DNA of 64,000 nt from Vitrella brassicaformis CCMP3155 (Eukaryota; Protista; Chromerida), in assembly GCA_001179505.1 (NCBI GenBank), contig CDMY01000455.1:9444-73443 (forward strand), read 5' to 3'. Positions 38,524-50,802 of the stretch are shown piece after piece. The notes under the pieces are model-generated. The model was not told the DNA's origin. It saw only the letters and a list, made by a program, of their open reading frames with translations, and did not search any database. Every line of letters begins with the position of its first letter. Within the stretch, counting starts at the first letter, position 1. The position numbers and the translations under genes are program-made.

Positions 38524-40534
38524 CTACCGCTCCGCCCCCTCCTCCCCACTCTCGCCCTCCAGCTGGCCGTCCACAATGTCGCCCTTCCCCTCGCCATCGC
38601 TGCCGATATCATCATCTGCCCCTACATTTGTCTCAACCTCAGCGGCCTGCACCTCGAGGCCCACCGCACGCTGTGCGTCGACGCGATCCCGAGAATGGTC
38701 GAAAAGAAACTGGATTGCCTGAATGAATGAAGCCAAGGCCGCGCACTGACAGTCACTATTTGCCTCGTGTCCCTTGTCGCCACGTGTGTGCCTTGCTGGA
38801 TGGCTACCCGCATGGCGATCTGCACGTCATTGTGTGCCTGCAGGTCAACTATCTTGTCCACACCGCCGGCCTGCATGGAAGTCAGAGAAAGATAACCGTG
38901 GTATGGTGTGGGCGCATTCTCCCGTTCGCTCACCTGCTCTAGTAGTGTGTGGTAGGGGTTGTTCGGGAGGCCCTCGTTGGCCTGCTTCTGCTCACCCGCA
39001 CTGATACACACGCACGACACGCGAGCAGCAGGCAATCGGTGAACGGTGCACACACACTATCGTTGTGTGTGTTGCGTGCTAGTACCATAATATCTTGTCC
39101 AGCGACATGATTGTGATCACTCGACTGTAATCGTGGATGTCGATCAGGTCACAGATGGGCTGGATGCCGCCACACTCAACCACATACTCAACCTGCATGG
39201 AGAGAATGAATTGACATACACACGGGCTCAAACAAAGGTGACCCATCGGAGTGTGGGGCTGTTGACTAGTCAGCGCGCCCACCTGTTGCTGCGATCCTCC
39301 TAAGGCTATGTTTGCGACGGCCTGCCCTGCCACACGCTTCAGGTTGCCATGGGTCTCCCCGTTGGAGGCCACATCGACCAGCAGCGGCACCAAATCAGCA
39401 TCGATGACGGCCTGCCGGTGGGCAGTGGTGCCTGCATCCAATCCACACACCACACACCACACAGCACCCTACACGTGACGTTCCTCGATGCAGTGGGTTA
39501 GTGAACATTTGTCTCACCTGCCGTGGTGAACCTGAGGAGCAAACCCGCGATTCCCTGTGCACCAACCTCGGCTGTCTCGATCAGCGTTTTGATCGAGGCC
39601 ATGGCGCCACACTCCACCAACGCGTCACGGCCAGCGTCGGTACCTGAGCACATGGGCAGGAAGGTCAAAGCGGACCCTGCATCTCAGGACGATCTCCAAG
39701 CCCATTCCCAGGCTCTCTTGCACACTGACCGTCTTCCCCAACACACGACCTCGCGAAGAGCCTCAAAGCCGCTCGTGTAGGCTGCGGCACGAGCTCGTCC
39801 TGCTTAGTCGTGCAAATGAGGCCGACCAGGATGGGCACGAAGGGGGCGAACTCGGCCAGTGGGGCAGGGAGGGGCGAATTCGCGGAGACATCCAACAGAT
39901 CGCTCAGTAGACAGGCGCCAATGGCGAGCACCTGGCTGTTGCTGCTCTCGCGCATCGCCTTCAGCAGCGGCTCCAGCACGCCGGCCGCCACCACGGCATC
40001 GCGACGGGCCACCGATCCGACCGTGATGCTGCGCAGCGCCGCGATGGCCGCTGTGCGCACATCGTCATCGGGTGACGACACGAGCTGCACCAGGGGCAGG
40101 ACGGCACCAGCATCCACCACCGCCTCGGCGTGGTGAATCGCCAGTCCGCTAAGGAACAATGCCGCAATTTTCTGCACCTCGTCGCATCCGCTCAGCTGCT
40201 CGACCAACACCGGCACCAGGCCGATGTCGACAGCCTTCTGCCCCTTGGCACCCTCCAGGTGCTCGATGGTCAGCAGCTTCCACAGCTGCATCATGGCGTG
40301 AGTCCGAAGCTGCTGCTGATCTCTTGTCGACGCCATCAGGTTGCGGAGGTCGGCCATGACGGCGGCGATGTCGGTCTCGACGGCATCCAACCCCCGCTGC
40401 TGCACTTGGTGGTCATAGGCCTCCTTGGTGTGAATGCCATCGAAGAGTCGTGCCGCCTTGACGAGTACTGCCTGGGGCAAGGGATGCTCATCTCTGGTGC
40501 CGACGGCGTCCGATCTACTGCCCGCCGACCCCAT
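38524..40534 (-). CDS. Importin-alpha-derived armadillo-repeat protein, copy B
   Basis: HPLPQAVLVKAARLFDGI..QQRGLDAVETDIAAV; ARM repeats; VEYVVECGGIQPICDLID; NPYHTLLEQ|AGGVDKIVDLQAHND; acidic tail. Same exon layout as copies A and C. Confidence 0.8.
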
Positions 40535-41200
40535 CTGACCCCACAGCTGCGAAGAACAAGACACATACACACAATTTAGACTGCTTCATGGTCAATCTTT
40601 TCGTCTCTCTGTACCTGGTGACGTGCTCAGCGGCCCTTGACTTCGCTGCTGAATGAACGGTACCGCTGCCGCCCTGCTCTGTCGACCGGATCTCAACAGC
40701 TCACGCCTGCAGAATAAGTGAGCACCACGAGCTGCGATAGATCATCTGGGCTGCCCGTGGATGCCTTGCCTTCTGGTCCCCGCTAATGGCTGCTCACTCA
40801 CCGACACAGATCTCCTCCGCAGCGCGCGAGATGGACGCGGCCCGGCAGCATGCGAGGCACTCAACGCTAAACTAGAATGGAACAGGCGTAACCTAAGGTC
40901 TGGCGGCTCACGAGAACGGCGTGGAAAACTGCCAGCGTTCTCATCTTTCATGTAGCTCGCATCGTTCGATCGTCCTGGGAGGAGCCCTTTCCCCTGTTTC
41001 CATGCTCGTGAGGCTTTCCAGAGGGCAGCAGGAGCCCAATCAGACACAAAGTGATGGTTGGAACTCATCGGTGAGGCGTATCGCACGGCATCATCTGGCG
41101 GCTCTGACGGTGCGGCGAGCAGTGCGATAGGAGAGGGAATGCCGGATGACTGATCACTCAAGAGGTCTTCTGTCTTCGGTTTGTCTGACAGGTCGGCAGC

Positions 41201-41654
41201 ATGAAATGGCCGCAGCAGAGAGGTGCGCACGACTCTCACACAACAGCACACGCACTCAGAGGTCTTTTGTGATGTCTGTCATGTGTTGCAGCCGTGTTGG
41301 TGGATGGGATGGTCAAGAGAGCATCACGGCTGGGCTGCCGCGACGCGACCATCCTGCGGGCGGTGCGGCTGCTAGACGTGTGCCGCGCCGACAAACTCAT
41401 CGACACGAACAACGCCACACAGGCAAGAGATACGAAGGGAATGTCAGTCAAGCAACGACTCGTGGAACTCGTGTGTGTTTGTGTGTCACTTGCCTGGCTG
41501 CTCACACACAGATAGCAGATGCGTGTGTGGCCGCCTGTGTCAAGCGGCTGGAGCCACACCTGCTGATGGACGACATGCCGGATGACTCAACACACACACA
41601 GGTAGTGAAACAGACACGGACACCCACACGACGCTCACCTGTGCAGCGCCGACC

Positions 41655-41687
<33 letters not shown>

Positions 41688-42946
41688 GGCTGGCTGGCTG
41701 GCTGGCTGGCTGGCTCTGTGTGTGCAGGTGGTGTGTCGTGTGGCGGTTGATACTTCTGTGTGCGGCATTGGGTGTCTGGAGGGGCTGTTCGCTGCTGCCG
41801 GCATGGACACCCATGGCCGCCTGTTCTCATTCGCCAAGTACCTCATGGTCAGTCTGTCCGCCAGCCACACACACAGACGCCTCCAGCTATCGAATGACTT
41901 TCCCTGTCTGTCTGTCTGTCTTTGGTTCTGTGTGTGCAGTTCTTGTCGATGTGTGACATCAATTTGGCCGCGAGCGATGTCCGCCTGCTGGCCGCCACGG
42001 CCGTTTACGTCACACGCAAGACCAACCAGAAACACATAGCGGGCCGCATTTGGGTGAGCCTAACAGTAGCAGCACGGGTCATGGCCTACCTATGGCCTGT
42101 ATGGGTTTGTGTGTCCCATTGTTCATTGTCAGAGTGCGGCCCTTGTGGCTGAGAGTTCGATGAGTGAGGCGGCGTTGCAGTCTGGCATGATGACACTGAG
42201 GATGCAGCGGCTCATGTGGGGCGACACACAGACCACCAAAGGGGTGAGCATGTCAGAAGACCAGTAGAACCGCCAACACAGCACCGTGTTGATGTCGTTG
42301 TGTGTCGTTTGTGTGGTGTGCGCGCAGGTCATGACGGATGCAGTGGATGAGCTGTTCGCCCCGGCCGACCGCCACGGCGTCGCATCGACCCGCAGCCACA
42401 CACAACAAGAGCAGCAGCAGCAGCATCGGGTGCGTCTGACACAACCGACCGCCATGCACCCGATGTGCCTTGAGAATCGACCTGCATTGTTACGTGTGTG
42501 TTGATCTGCAGGGGGGGAACCAGGAGCACCCCTTCACCCACCTGTTCGCCGAAGACCGCTGCCGCATCCCGGACATCAGCACCACACTGCAGCTGAGGGT
42601 ATCAGGCCGGTGCATCAGAGAGGCCTTCTCATCTGCCCAGCTGCGCAACCGACTCGACCACTCACTGAGCCGTGATGGCGATGGCGGCATCAACACCCCA
42701 CAGCTGCAGCTGCTGCGGTTCGACCCATCGCTGTGTGTGGGCGACCTCATGGCGGCGGTGTGGATAGCCGAGGAGCCAGGAGCGCGGCGGAAGTGGGATG
42801 GGACAAGAGAGACCCTGCAGTGGGCCAGTGAGTGCGGCTTCTGTCAGCTGCCCGTCATGCTCACCAGTGCTGACATCAACAGACACGCCAACAAGACGGT
42901 AAGGCACACACACACAGGGGCGGGGATACAGCAGAGAGGCCTCATC

Positions 42947-42981
<35 letters not shown>

Positions 42982-44189
42982 TGTGTCTGTGTCTGTGGTG
43001 GCGTTTAGGCGTATAGATCGGTAGCTCGTGTGTTGGCGCAGCTCACGTTGGTGGGCCGCCACATCGACTTCGGTGGCGGCAGCCGCCTGCAGATCGTCCG
43101 CCATGCCAATGGTGAGGTGCGGGCCATCAAGGACGAGCCCGGCTTCCAGGTGGACGTCGACCCGCCCCTCCCCGCCCACCATCTGTGTCGGCAGCACCGA
43201 CAGCAGCATGACCCACCGATGACCAGCGACATCCACTAGCGGGACGCCAGATGGGTGTCGTTCGGTCTCCCGACCACCTATGCGTCATTGTCATCATTCG
43301 CCAAGCGCACGATCCTCAACCACTTCTACTGGACTCACCAGACCAATCGCACATCGATATTACTCAACAGGTAAGACATCACTGGCCCAAGTGACGAGAT
43401 GGGTGCGTGTTTGATTGTGTGTGTGTGTGTGTGCTCGGTTCAGGCGTGTTAGTGGCGGCCGTCTGGATGGCCTCCTCAACCAGTCGCCCCACACATCAGT
43501 GGCCGGATGCACCACTACAATGAGCCATAACGGTCGTGTGCGAGAGCTGGTCCTCACCGGCAGCAGCCACAAGTTCGTCGCATGGATTGCCCTTTTGGAT
43601 ATGGGAAACGGCAACGGTCAGGCCGACAGACAGACAGCTCTGGTGGTCAAATGTCATGTGTTGTTCTCTCTCGTCTGTCTGCAGTGTTGGTTTGGATCTG
43701 GACGACCGAGGCGCCTGCGGCTGGTGTGAGTGAGGATGCGCCCTTCAAGCGTCGCTTCACGATCACCACTCGGCTGGCCCGTGTGGCGCTGGGGCAAGTG
43801 GCGCCATTGGTGTTCGACGGCCAAGTAGACGATGACAGCGACGATGATGACGGTGCGGACAGGGGAGGGAGGGACACAGACACATATGGTGGCCATGGAT
43901 GGATGGATGGATGGCATTTCTTCTCTGTCTGTCTTTGTGTGTGGTGTAGATTCCGACGGCCATGGCGGTGGTTGGGATGATCTGGATGACGACAGCAACG
44001 GAGAGGATAGGAGGTACACAGACAGGAAAGAAGGCCCAGACGCCCCCACCACAGATGCCTTATCTTCCACACCGACCCGCATCACATGTGTGCGTTTGTG
44101 CGTCTGTGTCGGTGTCGATGGCAGGTGGGGGTGTGTCGGCTGAGGAGGAGCACGAAGACGGCGGCGGTGGCGGCAATGCGTCGCTCTGA
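41201..44189 (+). CDS. Degenerate cyclin-fold domain fused to a lineage-specific domain; contains an in-frame TAG at 43237-43239
   Basis: MKWPQQR|AVLVDGMVKRASRLGCRDATILRAVRLLDVC (cyclin box MRAILVDW-like); FAKYLM|FLSMCDINLAASDVRLLAATAVYVTRK (cyclin C-terminal helix pattern); downstream exons homologous to the 28897-30352 gene. Confidence 0.6.
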
Positions 44190-45402
44190 CGACACACAGA
44201 GACCGATCTCAATACTTACTGGTGCGCCACAGACACACTGCAATGTGATCGGCTGGTGCCATGCCCCTCTCTGACTGTGTGTGTTGTGGTCAGGAGGGTG
44301 GCGGAGTGCTGTCTGCCGTCCTCTCTCTGTAGCTCGGTGACCGGCGCAGATCAGCTGCTGATGTCGTGTCGACCGAATGGACCGAGTAGCTGGCTGTGTG
44401 TGCGATGAAAGGTGGACATGGGTGTGGGCGGGTCTGGGGGTCCCCTCTCCCCTCTGTGTGTGGCCCTCCTCCGACTCTCTCTATATGAATCTGCGTGAGA
44501 GTGTCGATATGCACTGGGCTGACTGCCTGGCTGTCTGCCTGCGTCTGTGTGTGCGTGGATGTGATGTGGATGGACTGACTGACTGATGTGAACGTGTTGG
44601 TGCGCACAAATCAGTATGCTCACAAACTCAAACACTCCTTGGCTGCGCTGCCATGTCTATCTGTTTTTCCCCTCCCTCTCCATCTGGATTGTTGGCTGGG
44701 TGGTCGGTGCTTTTGTTGGGCTGATGATTGACATCTTCTCTCTCTGAATGTGTATATGCATTCACCCAGACAGACAGACAGACAGGCCGATCGATGCACC
44801 GCACACTCTTTGTGTTTCCATTTGTCCATTTATCCATTTGCGACGCATTGTTTGCTCCATGCCCACACAGATCACACATACGTAGCCATACATGGCAGTG
44901 TGTGTCTCTCTCGCAGTCGTGGTCCATCCACTCACACAGTCACACACACACACACACACACACCTAACAGACATGCTGCACACAAACATACAGGACTTGC
45001 TTCGCAGGCCTCTCGTAGTGGCACCGAAGTGTCGATCATGTCTGGCCCTTGACGCATGGGATTAAGAGTGTGTGCGCACTGCTTGTCAGGCCAATGGAGG
45101 AATGCCGTGACCTCCGTGTGTGTGTGCGTCTGTGTGTCTCCCTTCCCCCCTCCCTCCCTGTATACTTGTCGATATATCCTTTCCGTCCCAGGGTTACTTG
45201 TCATTCGCCCTTGTACTTGTGCGGCTCTCTCGACCGTTTTGTGTGGATGGAGTCGGTGCATTTCCGTGTGTGTGTGTGCGTCGTGACGGACGGAAACAAG
45301 CTCATCAATCTTCTTTCTGCGCATACAAGTTTGTCAATGCCCGACGCAGTCAGTCTGTATGTCTGTGTCTGTCTGTCTGTACACCCAAGAGCGAGTCCCC
45401 CC

Positions 45403-45702
45403 NNNNNNNNNNNNNNNNNNNNNNNNNNNNNNNNNNNNNNNNNNNNNNNNNNNNNNNNNNNNNNNNNNNNNNNNNNNNNNNNNNNNNNNNNNNNNNNNNN
45501 NNNNNNNNNNNNNNNNNNNNNNNNNNNNNNNNNNNNNNNNNNNNNNNNNNNNNNNNNNNNNNNNNNNNNNNNNNNNNNNNNNNNNNNNNNNNNNNNNNNN
45601 NNNNNNNNNNNNNNNNNNNNNNNNNNNNNNNNNNNNNNNNNNNNNNNNNNNNNNNNNNNNNNNNNNNNNNNNNNNNNNNNNNNNNNNNNNNNNNNNNNNN
45701 NN
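45403..45702. other. Assembly gap (300 N), intergenic
   Basis: Run of N downstream of importin-like copy C. Confidence 0.99.
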
Positions 45703-45739
45703 CCACTACCAGGCACACACGGGCCATCCATCCACCCAT

Positions 45740-47721
45740 CTATGCCTCTTCCCCCTCCACCTCCACCTCCACCTCTCCATCACTACGGCCATCGCTACCG
45801 CTGTCGGTGTCCAAATCGCCGACACCGTCGCTCTCGCTGTCCCCATCCTCGCCGCCTTGCTCATCGTCAATCTGAATCGCACCCGCCTGAATCAAGGCCT
45901 CCCGCCGCTGCCCGTCGACACGATCCGGGAAGTGGGTGCCGAGAAACAAGACTGCCTGGATGGATAATAAGAGACAGACAAGACACTGACAGTATGTGCC
46001 CGCGCTCCTTTGTCGACATGATGCCTCCAAGGCAGCCCACCGGCGCTGCGATGGCCATGTCGTTGTGTGCCTGCAGCTCTACTATCTTGTCCACACCGCC
46101 GGCCTGCACGGAAGGCACAGAAAGATAACCGTGTGTTTATGGTGTTCATTTTGCATGATTCTCTCCCTTGTTCACTCACCTGATCCACCAGTGTGCAGTA
46201 GGGGTTGTCTGGGAGGCCCTCGGTGGCCTGCTTCTGCTCACCCGCACTGCATACGAGAGCGCAACACGTCGGCAGCACACAAACGGCATACTTTGCTGAC
46301 CTACCTGAGTATTTTGTCCAGGACGGAGATCATGGCGCTGAGTCGCTGGCTGTCGTCGCCATCGAGCCGGTCACAGAAGTACTGGATGCCGCCACACTCA
46401 ACCACATGCTCAACCTGTACGATTGAGCAAACGCGACATGAGCTCAGGAAACATATTCAATGTGTGTGGGCGGCTGATATACACACCTGCTGCTGCGATC
46501 CTCCCAAGGCTATATTTCCGACGCTTATCGCCGCCATGTCCTTCACGGCCTCCTCGGTCTCCCCGCCGGCCGCCATGTTGATCAGCAGAGGCACCAGCCC
46601 GCCATCGATGAGCGCCTGCTTGTGGGCAGTGGTGCCTGCATCCAATCAATGCACACCGAACAGCACAGCACCCTACACATGACGTGGGTGGATCTTATGT
46701 GTGTGATATTACCTCCAGCTGCCAGAAACACCACCATCCATGCGCCGTATTTCATCCTCGGCTCGGCCATCTCACCGCCATACCACAACGGGCTGTCTGA
46801 CTCAGTCGACTCCAGCAATCGCTTAATCGACGTCACCGCACCACACTCAACCAACGCGTCACGGTCAGCGTCGGTACCTGTGGGGCAGGCAGGACACAAT
46901 GAGCCAGGTACGCAGCCAGTGATAATGTTTCGTGCACTCTCAGGCAGATTCACCTTGCTCATGAAATCGATTTACAGCGCCCCATGTGCCCATTTCAGCA
47001 CACGGTCGTCCTGCTCAGGCGCGGTGATGAGACCGACCAGGACGGGCAGGAAGGGCGCCAACTCGGCCAGTGGGACAGGGAGGGGCGACTTCTTGGAGCC
47101 ACTCAACAGGTTCCACAGCAGCCGGCCACTCAGGTGGGGCACTCTGATGACACTGCCCTCCCGCATCGCCTTCAGCAGCGGCTGCAGGACGCCATCCGCC
47201 AGCACGGCATCGCGATGGGTCGATGACTCCGTCGTGATGATGCACAGCACCCCGATGGCCGCCTCACGCACATTGTCATCGTGTGACGACACGAGCTGCA
47301 CCAGGGGCGGGACGGCACCCGCATCCACCACCGAACCGGCGTGGTGAATCGCCAATCTGCCGAGGGCCAATGCTGCTACGTTCTGCACCTTCTCGCACCC
47401 GCTCAGCTGCTCTACCAAGGCTGGCAGCACACCCGCATCGATGGCCTTCTGCTCGATGGTGCCGTCTCGATGGCGCGGGAGGGACAGCAGCGGGCCGAAC
47501 CACCCTACGGCTTGAGCCCGAACCTGCGATTCGTTGGCCGATGCTATGAGGTGACAGATATCGGCGATGGCGGCGATGATCTCGGCCTCGACTGCCTCCA
47601 ACCCTCGCTGCTGGACGGCCTGGCCGTACGCCTCCTTGGTGCCGATGGATTTGCACAGGTCTCTCGCCTTGGTCAGCACTGCTTGGGGTGAGGGATGGCC
47701 ATCTGTGCCGTCCGAATCCAT
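45740..47721 (-). CDS. Importin-alpha-derived armadillo-repeat protein, copy C
   Basis: MDSDGTDGHPSPQAVLTKARDL..QQRGLEAVEAEI; ARM repeats; HKQALIDGGLVPLLINMA; NPYCTLVDQ|AGGVDKIVELQAHND; acidic tail. Confidence 0.8.
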
Positions 47722-48681
47722 CTCGTCCAACCTGCGAGGAACAACACACATACACACGACGCGGAATAGTCCCATGCCTTCTCTGCTCCCTCCTGACCTG
47801 TCCACGTGTGCAATGCTACGCTGCCCGCCCAGATCTCACGACGCCACACCTGCCATGAGATGAGAGCCAGCGAGGAGAATATGATGACACGACATGAGAG
47901 ACGTATCTATCTGCAGTAGGGATGCTTTCAGTTACCGTGGTGTGTGCAGGCTGTGACGGGGAGAGGCTCACGGAACCGATCAAACGCAACAAAATGGAGG
48001 TGCGGCTCGCTGAGGAGGATGATCGAATGTATCGCCTTTTTTTTGTGCTTCTTTCTGCTGTGTGGCTGCAGATCTGGACCTACAGTGCTTCAGCAGCCAT
48101 TGACAGGTATTCTCGTCGAGCTTCGAGCAGAAATAAGAGCAGAAATGTCAGTGAGCGATTGAGGACGGTGTGTGATCAGACGACAAGAGAGACAGACCTC
48201 CATGAGGTTCATGGTGCGGCAATGTCGAGTGTCGAGTCCGTGTCGCATCCATCTCCCTGCCGTCTCACGTGATGCATTGCATGGACCCTCCCCCCTTCCC
48301 CAGAACACGACGAAAAACATGCAAAAATGCGATGTGATGTGTGGGTGTGTTGACATTTGTGAAAACGTGGAACTGCGATCTGTCTGTCTGTCACTCTGTC
48401 TGCTTCGCCCTCTCGACGCGGCCTATCCACATTGACAAAAGTGTCGGTCGGTTGGCCGACCGACCAGTCAGCCGCCCGATAACGCAAGCAATCGAGCAAA
48501 CACTTGCACGCACCGGGCTCACGCACAAGCAAGCGGGATAAATAGCATAGCAGCCATCCACGCAATCCACATCTGACCGACAGCCATCCAGCCAGTGTTC
48601 TAATTACGCAGAGAGAGACGAAGCCGGGGAGGGCGAGGAGGGGGAGAGGGGAAGGGCTGGCTAGCTGCGGCCTCAGTGAGG

Positions 48682-49867
48682 TCATGAGGTGACCAGCAGG
48701 TAAACGATGGGTGCGAAGATGGTGGCCGCAGCCCCGAGGTAGGCCGCAGTGAAGTACTTGCGAAAATTCCTCTGCACAAACAGCAGTGCCAGATACTCCA
48801 CAACTGCAGATTGCACCACACACACAGGAATGGAGCGAGCGGGTGTCAGTCAGGCGGCTGGGTGTTTGAGTGTCCTGACTGACGTACGCACCGCCGATGA
48901 AGGGGGCGACTTGCAGGAAGGGCTCCAACGCAATCGAACTCAATGGGTCGAGTTTCCTCTTCAACTGCACACAACACACAGACACACACACACACACCCC
49001 GAGTCACCTGCTGTTGGGCCTTCCTGTGTGTGTGTGTGTGTGTTGTCACATACATCGTCGTATAGGAATGGGACCTCGCCGGCCCACAATGCCTTGGATG
49101 ACGACAGCACCTCGCGCTTCTTGGTCAACAAACTCCTCACCACCTCCTGCAAACCACCCACACAGAACACACCACGTTGCCCATATGTCTGCACGCCAAT
49201 GCATGATGCCAGTGAATGCATTTGTGTGTGCGCTCCCTGTGCTGACCTCCTTGAGTGGTGTGCCCTCCAGCGTGTCAGCTGTCGGGATCAGCTCGTCCAG
49301 CGTCTTCAGGGAGCTCTGAAGCGACTCGGACGAGTCAGCCGTCTGCACACACATCACACCGCAACAAACACCATGCACCCTTCCCGTGCTGCCAGGCTGC
49401 TCATCAGCTGATCCACGACGCACCTTGAAGGTCTGCAGAGCAGCCGCGAGCTGCCCCTCGTCGAAGATCAGGTAGTCCGCACTCGCCAGCAGAGGGAGAG
49501 CGAACAGCGCCACCAGAGCACCAGCCAGCTGCAGTCCCCAGCTCTTGGACTCCTCCACTGCTGCACTAGAGGGACCCACACACGTGAAGAACGGCCTCCT
49601 AGACGCTGAACCGCGCTGCTGCTGCAAGGGATCAGGATCGGCACTCAGATGTGGCGATGCCGAAGGCGGCGGCAATCCGGTCTGTGGAGATGGTGATCTG
49701 TGCGATGATGATGAGTGGAGGGTGGACAGGGAGGCAGGCGTGAAGGCCAGTGCATGAGGCAGAAACGCACACACGGCGATGAGCGGTGTCGTGAGGCGCC
49801 TCCTGTCGCGAGATCTTGGTCGATGTGGGGAAGTTGAGGGCGCGTCAGACTCTCGCGTCCACGCCAT
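48682..49867 (-). CDS. Putative plastid (thylakoid) membrane protein with tripartite targeting sequence
   Basis: Signal peptide ...LIAVCAFLPHALA|FTP (Phe after cleavage); Ser/Pro-rich transit peptide; second hydrophobic segment LAGALVALFALPLLASA|D; two C-terminal hydrophobic helices. Start codon uncertain. Confidence 0.6.
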
Positions 49868-50085
49868 AACACGCTCCGCCTTCATCTTCGCTTCAAAGAT
49901 CCACTCTCGAGCTCGCAGATTGCCGTTTGCCCAACGGCGAAGAAGCGCCGTCGCAAACGAATGGAGCGTTAAGATGGAGCGGAGGAGAACAGAAAGGACT
50001 GGAGGAGCGTGAAGACCGCGATGGCTCCGCACTGATCATCTTCCACCATCATCAGCAGCATCGCCAGTTGTGATCACTCACTCAC

Positions 50086-50802
50086 ATGAGGCTGGCCGTC
50101 CCTTCGTGCTGCGACGGCCGTCTTCGGCCGCTCGAGGGTGACACAGAGGTGCTGGTGGAGCCGCCTTGGCACGATGACATCGACATTGACGACGAGAGTG
50201 AGGATCTGGACGAGGGCGTTCATGTGGAGCTGCTGCACAAGGTAAGCGAAGAGAGAGCCACAAACTGCCTGCAGAGGCAGTGCAGGAAGGCTCGCTCATT
50301 CAGTTCTCTGTGTGTGTGTGTGTGTTTGCTATCCATTAAGACGTTTGCCCCGCGGCTGATCGACCACTCGCTGTCGTACGTGGGTGTGGGCATCAAGCAC
50401 GTCGGCGGCAGCTGCGGCCTCAAGGCAGCCGACGTCATGTCCAAGTCCACCACGTGCGCCTGCCTCCCCCCCTCCCTCACCCGTGCCACCACACCCACCA
50501 CACAGGCCACATCCGTGTGTGACGAGCCAGACGGCGAGGAGCAGCACGTCACGCCCGTCCACCGCCCTGTGCCCCTTTTGCTGCCGGCAGTCGTGTACGT
50601 CCGTCTGGCCGGGTGGCTGACGTCCCCACTGTGGATGTGCCCCCTGCGCAGGTGGGCGGCGGCGCACTCGTCATCGGTGGTTGGGGTGCCTGAGGCACGC
50701 CCGACAGAGGAGGCCGTCACGGCGATGGCAGGAGCGCTGCTCAGTGGCGGCATCAGCATCTCGGTGAGGGAGCTAAGGGAAGACATGATGGTGGTGCAGT
50801 GA
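50086..50802 (+). CDS. Hypothetical protein
   Basis: ORF of 238 aa containing a probable in-frame intron (gtaagc at about 50242 with a (TG)n tract to attaag). No recognisable domain. Confidence 0.4.
   Translation: MRLAVPSCCDGRLRPLEGDTEVLVEPPWHDDIDIDDESEDLDEGVHVELLHKVSEERATNCLQRQCRKARSFSSLCVCVCLLSIKTFAPRLIDHSLSYVGVGIKHVGGSCGLKAADVMSKSTTCACLPPSLTRATTPTTQATSVCDEPDGEEQHVTPVHRPVPLLLPAVVYVRLAGWLTSPLWMCPLRRWAAAHSSSVVGVPEARPTEEAVTAMAGALLSGGISISVRELREDMMVVQ

Noticed and set aside
44190-45400. Transposon or CRISPR-like array in long intergenic stretches (also 50803-52841)
   Set aside because: Only simple microsatellites are present; no terminal repeats, spacers or transposase ORF.
47922-48272. Small plus-strand ORF with a hydrophobic stretch
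   Set aside because: No recognisable motif, weak coding composition and no supporting exon structure.
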